Origin: a virus | IMG/VR virus record: IMGVR_UViG_3300022758_000007 | Span: 1 to 6,479 of that record | Reading direction: 5' to 3' (one strand) | DNA: 6,479 nt | Shown: one piece after another, positions 1-4,368 of the stretch | Position numbering within the stretch: the first letter of the stretch is position 1 | How the letters are laid out: each line of letters starts with the position of its first letter | Notes under the pieces: generated by a model | Told to the model about the DNA's origin: nothing | Databases searched by the model: none | What the model saw: the letters and a program-made list of their open reading frames with translations, nothing else | Program-made: the position numbers and the translations under genes

Positions 1-127
1 CTTAAGACGATTGTCCAGAGATTTACCTTTGTTCTCTTCTTTAACTCCTTGAACCTGAGCAGCCTTAAGTTTATTATCCAGTGCAACACTAGCAATATTC
101 ATGGCAGTCATTTTCTGAGCAAGCAAA
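1..127. repeat. Terminal direct overlap, copy 1. It is identical to 6353-6479 and marks a circular genome with a 6352-nt unit length.
   Basis: I compared 1-127 (cttaagacgattgtccagag...ttctgagcaagcaaa) base by base with 6353-6479 and saw no mismatch. An ORF runs continuously and in frame through the junction. Confidence 0.95.
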
Positions 128-435
128 GAATTGTCAACAGGTTGAGAACCCTGTCCTGATGTCATAGCAGGACTAGCAGCGGATTGACTAGTAACACCAC
201 CGTAAGCAAGATCAGGATTCAGACCTGCTGCTTTCAGGCGAGCACGATAAGCAGCAGGTGAATTATAAGAATTCTCTCTATTCCATTGATTAATACTCCA
301 CTGATTCTGCATCTTAGCTAAGTTAAGATTCCATTCACGGTTCTCCGCTTGTGACTCCTTATTAGCATTAATAGCATTCTGAGTATTAGCATTCTGAGCC
401 AATGCACCAATGGCAGAAGATATAAAATTCCACAT
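1..435 (-). CDS. VP2: VP2 minor capsid / DNA pilot protein, 5' part (145 codons). The ORF continues across the circular junction into 6352..5912, giving 291 aa in total.
   Basis: My translation of the minus strand from ATG 435..433 has no stops down to nt 1: MWNFISSAIGALAQNANTQNAINANKESQAENREWNLNLAKMQNQWSINQWNRENSYNSPAAYRARLKAAGLNPDLAYGGVTSQSAASPAMTSGQGSQPVDNSLLAQKM... It is in frame with the 5912..6478 track ORF, and 435+441=876 nt equals 292 codons. The N/Q-rich N-terminus and the YNSP..Y.ARL.AAGLNPDLAY block are typical of Microviridae VP2. The ATG overlaps the upstream TAA as TAATG. Confidence 0.85.
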   Translation of the reverse strand, partial: MWNFISSAIGALAQNANTQNAINANKESQAENREWNLNLAKMQNQWSINQWNRENSYNSPAAYRARLKAAGLNPDLAYGGVTSQSAASPAMTSGQGSQPVDNSLLAQKMTAMNIASVALDNKLKAAQVQGVKEENKGKSLDNRLK

Positions 436-755
436 TAGTCTTTAACAGGGTGCGCCTTTTTATCCGCTTTTTGCGCTTTCAAGATTCTACCTTGACAATC
501 ACGGGACAATTCCCACATGGAACACATATCCGCATCTCTACGAAAAATAGGATCGATAGACCAATCAGTCGGAGAAGAAGGAGAACCATCGAGAAAAGAC
601 TTTTCATTAGGTAATGAAACAGCGATGCCTCGATCGGTCAATTCCTGAACCTGCTTAGGAGTCATAGCAAGACCGGGCTTAGTAACCAATTCAAGATTAC
701 CAACAACTTTACAATTAACAGGACGAACCTGAGCAATTAATTTTCTTTGTGCCAT
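435..755 (-). CDS. 106-aa protein between VP1 and VP2. It may be an internal scaffolding protein (VP3-like), but the function is tentative.
   Basis: ATG-initiated ORF on the coding strand with an A-rich leader (A9 run, TTATTATTATG). Its stop overlaps the VP2 start by 1 nt (TAATG), which suggests translational coupling. The small acidic/polar protein has an MTPKQVQELTDRG segment resembling the MT.p.Q...l..G segment I recall in gokushovirus VP3 proteins. This is similarity from memory, not a search result. Confidence 0.7.
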   Translation of the reverse strand: MAQRKLIAQVRPVNCKVVGNLELVTKPGLAMTPKQVQELTDRGIAVSLPNEKSFLDGSPSSPTDWSIDPIFRRDADMCSMWELSRDCQGRILKAQKADKKAHPVKD

Positions 756-804
756 AATAATAAGAATATTTTTTTTTCCACTTCGTTCACGACTCTACCG
801 AGGG

Positions 805-822
805 TCGAACGAGCTCGTTCGA
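805..822. repeat. 18-bp perfect palindrome TCGAACGAGCTCGTTCGA.
   Basis: The sequence equals its own reverse complement and is centred on GAGCTC. Confidence 0.95.
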
Positions 823-827
823 TCGGC

Positions 828-845
828 CGACCTGTCCTCAGGTCG
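828..845. repeat. Hairpin with stem CGACCTG / CAGGTCG (7 bp) and loop TCCT. GATC elements at 821-824 and 845-848 flank it and could extend the stem imperfectly.
   Basis: Direct inspection shows that 828-834 is the reverse complement of 839-845. Confidence 0.9.
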
Positions 846-961
846 ATCAGGGAAGAGTTATTTTAGAATGATAAGGACAGACGGGCACGATTTGCGACTA
901 CCGCCGTGGACCGACATTTGCACGCACACGTAAATCGCGCGCACGCATAGTCGGTAGCATA

Positions 962-3394
962 CTAATCCAAACGAGGAATAGCAACACGAGAGATAGGTAG
1001 CTTAACTTGACAGTCAAAATAAATTTGTCCGTAAATCTTATCAGTCAATTCAGTACCATCGTCAGCTTGTGTAACAGCAAACACATCAGTAACCTGAGCC
1101 GGATCAATAACCAAGAACGAATTAGACAACTGAGGTCTGTCATTGAAAACACGGTGCATTAAGAAGTTACTTAAATTGGTTCTGAACAAGCCATGTGCAG
1201 AATCATATTTCTGAACATATTCATACCAAGGACGATTATAGCCAAACGTTTCAGTCAATGAGTTATTATCATTATTAAACGCCTGTAACGGGCAAACCTC
1301 TTTGTATAATATCGGTTGGAAACCAATATGGTTAAATTCCGGCTGGTAATGATCGAGCAAACCACGATAAGTAAAGTGCTTCGGTAGCAGCTGAGTATAC
1401 ACAGGCGTAGGAGTAATAATTAAAACACCCATAACAATGGATTCTTCATCACAGAAACACTCAATAGTCTGATTAGAATCACCACGAACGCCAGCAATAC
1501 CACTTTGAGAACCAAGAGCACCAGCATATGTTTCAGCACCTTTAGCAAGATTCTGGTCAACAGACTGACTAATAGCATGCATATCAATATCACGAGTAAA
1601 TCCTCCGAAGAATTCAGGCATGAGTAACTCATCGTAACGCACCTTTACATCAAAACGTCCTTCGATAATATCACGATAAGAGTATCCTTTACGCATATTC
1701 AACTCCAAGAATTTCTGATAAGCATTAACGTTGCGAAGATCAGAGATAGAAATACCGGACATAGCAACATCTACGAGCGATCTAGGCTGACGCATCTTAA
1801 CGCCGTTATCAAGTTCGGTATATTCAACGCCTGTTAAAGCTTCTCCATCAGATTCCCAAGAAAGAGCGTACTTCTTACCATCTTCATCAACAAGGGCAAG
1901 TTTAGACAATTCACGAGTAGTAGGGGTGCCGTCGGCAAGAACGTCATTAACGGTTTCCGTGTAAGTCGTAATACCAACAAGAGGAGCAGTACCTTGCTGA
2001 GGTGACTGAACAGCAGTAGTTAGGAAGTCACGTTCCCAGTTAGCATAACGGAGCTCATAAATATTCGGATCAGCACCGCCTTCGTAAGTAGGGATCCATT
2101 GATTATACTGCACTTGACCGTTGACATAATAAGGATTATTACGATTATCACGGAAGTAGCAATTGTAAATACCTTCGTAAGCACGGAATGAATAAGCCGC
2201 AATCTTAATCTGTCGATCGTTCAAAGCCGAAGTAGAGTTATAATAAGGACTATTAGACAAAGTGATATCGCTAGGAGCATCAGCATAGTCAAACCACCGA
2301 CAAGAAACAGAAGTAGTAACTGTAGGGTTAATAGAAACAGAAGTAGTAACTGTAGCATTATCATAATTAACACCACGATAGACAGCATCAGGCATCATAG
2401 TAATAGACCATGCAGTATTGGAACCTAAAACACGACGACCCAAACGAGAAATTACATTATGGTAAACTCGAAAGTTAAAAGTTTCACCGACAACGCTATC
2501 AGCGATATCTAAAAAAGCCTTTCCGGGTGAAAAAACTACCTCAATACATCTTTTTTGAGCACTCCAAGCGCAAGATGTCAAATTCCAATCATAACGAACA
2601 GACTCGCTACCTTTTGAACAAAACATACAAAGTTTAGTAGATAAAGAACTGATTAACTCATCTGAAGGTTTCTTATTATCAGAAAACTTATAATATAATT
2701 TAAAACGTTTTGAAGAATTAAAAGTATTATCTACATCTTGTGTACGAACAAAAGACATACCAAAATACAAAGAATTATCTGAAGAAGCAGAAGCTGGAGC
2801 AGGTAAATTAAGACTAAAATTGGAACCAGAAGGTGTAGAAGCTCCATATTTAGAAACAAAAGCATTAAACATATCTCCAGTTGAAATAGGAAGATAGTCA
2901 AAATAAGTAAATTCGGGACTACCACCTGCTTTATTACCAGGACAAGCCAATTTAAATATAGAAAGCGAAGACTCTCCACCTTGTCCATATTCACCAAATA
3001 ACGTAGTAGGCAAACCAATATAATCACCAAGAGAACCAGTAGAAGCCATAGCTTTCAATTTAGCAGCAGTAGAGATATCAAGATAAGGCTCTTCGAGATC
3101 CTGGCGGAAATTACCTACAAAATCACGGTAGCCAGACCAAAGAGCACGCAAAGGATACTTAAAGAAAGCGATACGAGCTTTCATACGCGTCTGAACCGGA
3201 AAAACCATAGGCATAAATTGTAAACCCATACGAGGATTAATACGAACAGAGCCTTTAGAGGGAACTAACTCACAAAAAATCGGAGTAATACGACCGATCT
3301 GAGTAGTCAAATTATTAGCATGCGACCAATCAAAGGTGTTCACCTTTATCTCATTGTTCACATCTAAAGTAGCGTCAAAAACATTTTGTGCCAT
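962..3394 (-). CDS. VP1: Major capsid protein VP1 (Microviridae F-protein family), 810 aa.
   Basis: The conserved Microviridae VP1 blocks appear in the expected order: N-terminal FDWSH...T..GR..P....ELVP..S; R.AFFKYPLRALW; LGDYIGLP; IKIAAYSFRAYEGIYNCYFRD; ANWERDFLTTA..SPQQG; DLRNVNAYQKFLELNMRKGYSYRDIIEGRFDV...D..L..PEFFGG; GVLIITPTPVY; QPEFNHIGFQPI; FGYNRPWYEY. It is the longest ORF, and its ATG lies 2 nt after the upstream stop. Confidence 0.97.
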   Translation of the reverse strand: MAQNVFDATLDVNNEIKVNTFDWSHANNLTTQIGRITPIFCELVPSKGSVRINPRMGLQFMPMVFPVQTRMKARIAFFKYPLRALWSGYRDFVGNFRQDLEEPYLDISTAAKLKAMASTGSLGDYIGLPTTLFGEYGQGGESSLSIFKLACPGNKAGGSPEFTYFDYLPISTGDMFNAFVSKYGASTPSGSNFSLNLPAPASASSDNSLYFGMSFVRTQDVDNTFNSSKRFKLYYKFSDNKKPSDELISSLSTKLCMFCSKGSESVRYDWNLTSCAWSAQKRCIEVVFSPGKAFLDIADSVVGETFNFRVYHNVISRLGRRVLGSNTAWSITMMPDAVYRGVNYDNATVTTSVSINPTVTTSVSCRWFDYADAPSDITLSNSPYYNSTSALNDRQIKIAAYSFRAYEGIYNCYFRDNRNNPYYVNGQVQYNQWIPTYEGGADPNIYELRYANWERDFLTTAVQSPQQGTAPLVGITTYTETVNDVLADGTPTTRELSKLALVDEDGKKYALSWESDGEALTGVEYTELDNGVKMRQPRSLVDVAMSGISISDLRNVNAYQKFLELNMRKGYSYRDIIEGRFDVKVRYDELLMPEFFGGFTRDIDMHAISQSVDQNLAKGAETYAGALGSQSGIAGVRGDSNQTIECFCDEESIVMGVLIITPTPVYTQLLPKHFTYRGLLDHYQPEFNHIGFQPILYKEVCPLQAFNNDNNSLTETFGYNRPWYEYVQKYDSAHGLFRTNLSNFLMHRVFNDRPQLSNSFLVIDPAQVTDVFAVTQADDGTELTDKIYGQIYFDCQVKLPISRVAIPRLD
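2303..2355 (-). repeat. In-frame tandem duplication inside VP1 with a 30-nt period. 2303-2325 and 2333-2355 are identical 23-mers.
   Basis: agaaacagaagtagtaactgtag occurs twice, 30 nt apart. The protein reads TVTTSVS-INP-TVTTSVS (VP1 aa 348-364). Confidence 0.9.
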
Positions 3395-3396
3395 AA

Positions 3397-3594
3397 TTAA
3401 CGATTAAACTGAATTTTAGTACTATCTACCGAGGACGTAGTTGTCTGCTCCGTCTTTTGGGTAGCATTATTATTATTCTTAGCAACGCTAAGCGAGAGGG
3501 TACAACTTTGAACGAACAAAGTAGTGATAATACCGATAACAAATGTAGAAATGAGCTTAACAATCTCAATCCACTGATTAGGAGTTACTTTCAT
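3397..3594 (-). CDS. Small membrane-anchored, lipoprotein-like protein of 65 aa from ATG 3594 (67 aa if GTG 3600 is used). Function unknown; candidate lysis or membrane factor.
   Basis: MKVTPNQWIEIVKLISTFVIGIITTLFVQSCTLSLSVAKNNNNATQKTEQTTTSSVDSTKIQFNR. It has a short N-terminus, a hydrophobic stretch of about 21 aa ending in a lipobox-like V-Q-S-C, and then a polar N/T/S-rich tail. Its stop lies 2 nt before the VP1 ATG, and its start overlaps the preceding ORF. The track's first M is actually GTG. Confidence 0.6.
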   Translation of the reverse strand: MKVTPNQWIEIVKLISTFVIGIITTLFVQSCTLSLSVAKNNNNATQKTEQTTTSSVDSTKIQFNR

Positions 3595-3790
3595 CTTCAC
3601 TGATAATAGGTGGAACTAATTCTTCATGTTTAGCTAGAAACAGTAATTTAGGATTACTTTCCACGAGAGACGCACGAATCTTTTCAGACTGTGAGGGGCG
3701 ATCAAATACACCTAAACAAATTTCTGTAATAGGTTTCAAAGTAGCCCTCTCCATAATAGAGAGGGTAGTTTTAATAGTTCTTTTTTCCAT
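3578..3790 (-). CDS. Hypothetical protein, 70 aa from ATG 3790. The track ORF extends to a TTG at 3817.
   Basis: MEKRTIKTTLSIMERATLKPITEICLGVFDRPSQSEKIRASLVESNPKLLFLAKHEELVPPIISEDESNS. It is on the coding strand, has the ATTAATATG start context shared with other genes here, and its 3' end overlaps the next ORF. I recognise no family. Confidence 0.55.
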   Translation of the reverse strand: MEKRTIKTTLSIMERATLKPITEICLGVFDRPSQSEKIRASLVESNPKLLFLAKHEELVPPIISEDESNS

Positions 3791-3817
3791 ATTAATAAAA
3801 TGTTTCACATGAAACAA

Positions 3818-3991
3818 TTAAATATTTTCAAATTGCTTAAATGAGTGAACTGATATAACACCAGTACGAGATCGAATACTACGCATCAATTTACGCATAT
3901 TGGAAAGAGTATAATCTAACTTTAATTCATAACGTTCTCCAGTATGATCTACAATACGAAGAATCCAATTATAAGAATTAGCCTTTTTCAT
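3818..3991 (-). CDS. Hypothetical basic protein, 57 aa. It is not in the supplied ORF track because it is below the size cutoff.
   Basis: My translation from ATG 3991..3989 is MKKANSYNWILRIVDHTGERYELKLDYTLSNMRKLMRSIRSRTGVISVHSFKQFENI, ending at TAA 3820..3818. The start overlaps the upstream ORF stop as ATGA, and the stop abuts the next ORF. I count 11 K/R against 5 D/E. Confidence 0.55.
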   Translation of the reverse strand: MKKANSYNWILRIVDHTGERYELKLDYTLSNMRKLMRSIRSRTGVISVHSFKQFENI

Positions 3992-4164
3992 ATCACACAG
4001 CGTTCTAATCCAACGACATCTACATCATCATGATGATAATTATTCTTAAAATCACTAATAGCAGCATCAATAGCTTTAATATCATTTTCAGCAGCAACAC
4101 GATAGGAACAAAGCAAAGTATCGGTACGATCTTCAAAGTTACCATCAGATTTACGAGAACTCAC
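3988..4164 (-). CDS. Hypothetical protein, 58 aa from GTG 4164. The frame is open from 4191 and can be reached from ATG 4199 or 4208 only by a -1 shift in the A10 run.
   Basis: My translation is (V)SSRKSDGNFEDRTDTLLCSYRVAAENDIKAIDAAISDFKNNYHHDDVDVVGLERCVI, ending at TGA 3990..3988. That stop overlaps the next ATG as ATGA. There is no in-frame ATG. The open frame begins inside the homopolymer immediately after TAA 4194..4192. Confidence 0.5.
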   Translation of the reverse strand: MSSRKSDGNFEDRTDTLLCSYRVAAENDIKAIDAAISDFKNNYHHDDVDVVGLERCVI

Positions 4165-4183
4165 AATCTTAAATCCTTGTTTC

Positions 4184-4193
4184 TTTTTTTTTT
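4184..4193 (-). repeat. A10 homopolymer on the coding strand (T10 on the plus strand) at the 5' end of the first small gene.
   Basis: Plus strand ...ccttgtttc-tttttttttt-atccat. The coding strand reads ATG GAT AAA AAA AAA AGA... Confidence 0.95.
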
Positions 4194-4209
4194 ATCCATA
4201 TCTCTCATG

Positions 4210-4225
4210 TTTTAATTAATTAAAA
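4210..4225. repeat. 16-nt perfect A/T palindrome TTTTAATTAATTAAAA, which places stop codons in all six frames.
   Basis: The sequence equals its own reverse complement. It lies in the 160-nt AT-rich VP4-to-small-gene spacer, 2 nt upstream of ATG 4208. Confidence 0.9.
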
Positions 4226-4368
4226 TGTAAATCTATTAAGTGTAAGGTCAAGTTCATTTTCCATATATAGATTACCATTCTTTAATTGTTTCTTATCAGT
4301 TACCTTTAGTAATTTTTCATTACGCACCCTTATTCTCTATAAGTTTTCCTTAACCTTACGATACAAAA

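Larger units (their letters stand above)
756..961. other. Non-coding GC/CpG-rich structured intergenic island between the VP1 stop and the 106-aa ORF start.
   Basis: No ORF on either strand. My hand count of 781-960 gives 99/180 G+C (55%) and about 23 CpG, whereas for example 4381-4440 has 14/60 G+C. The region holds several inverted repeats: 805-822; 828-834/839-845; 888-896/929-937 with one G.T; and 795-801/951-957. Confidence 0.75.

Noticed and set aside
1-127. The terminal direct repeat could be read as a biological DTR of a linear phage genome or as part of a mobile-element boundary.
   Set aside because: The repeat lies inside an ORF (VP2) that only becomes complete when the ends are joined. 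Microviridae genomes are circular ssDNA. 127 nt also equals a commonly used maximum assembler k-mer, so this is best explained as a circular-contig overlap.
795-850. GTTCGA-containing segments in the GC-rich island looked superficially like a tRNA T-arm (GTTCGAnnC).
   Set aside because: The 5-nt segments flanking the putative T-loop are not complementary on either strand (gctcg/ggccg and gctcg/ctcgg), and I could not build a cloverleaf. The GTTCGA occurrences are simply halves of the 18-bp palindrome.
1420-3030. Same-strand out-of-frame hydrophobic ORFs nested in VP1 (1420-1632, 2020-2202, 2731-3030) and in VP4 (5391-5645). They are reminiscent of the phiX174 lysis gene E embedded in gene D.
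   Set aside because: Their extreme L/I/V/F content is what an off-frame reading of these codons produces. Their starts in the track may be non-ATG codons shown as M. I cannot see any start-context or coupling signal like those of the real small genes. They cannot be formally excluded without comparative analysis of synonymous-site constraint in VP1 and VP4.
3075-3082. A second partial phiX-ori-like match, CTTGATAT, on the coding strand inside VP1.
   Set aside because: It is a shorter match (8 nt, lacking the AA prefix) within constrained coding sequence, with no adjacent AT-rich tract or hairpin. I keep it only as a caveat that lowers the specificity of the intergenic AACTTGATA candidate.
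4030-4215. Plus-strand ORFs in the track: 4030-4215, 5026-5325, 5497-5700 and 6125-6322.
   Set aside because: All lie antisense to well-supported minus-strand genes. They have low-complexity I/L/K/T-rich products with no motifs, and they are the only plus-strand candidates in a genome that is otherwise strictly single-stranded in coding polarity. They are most likely shadow ORFs.
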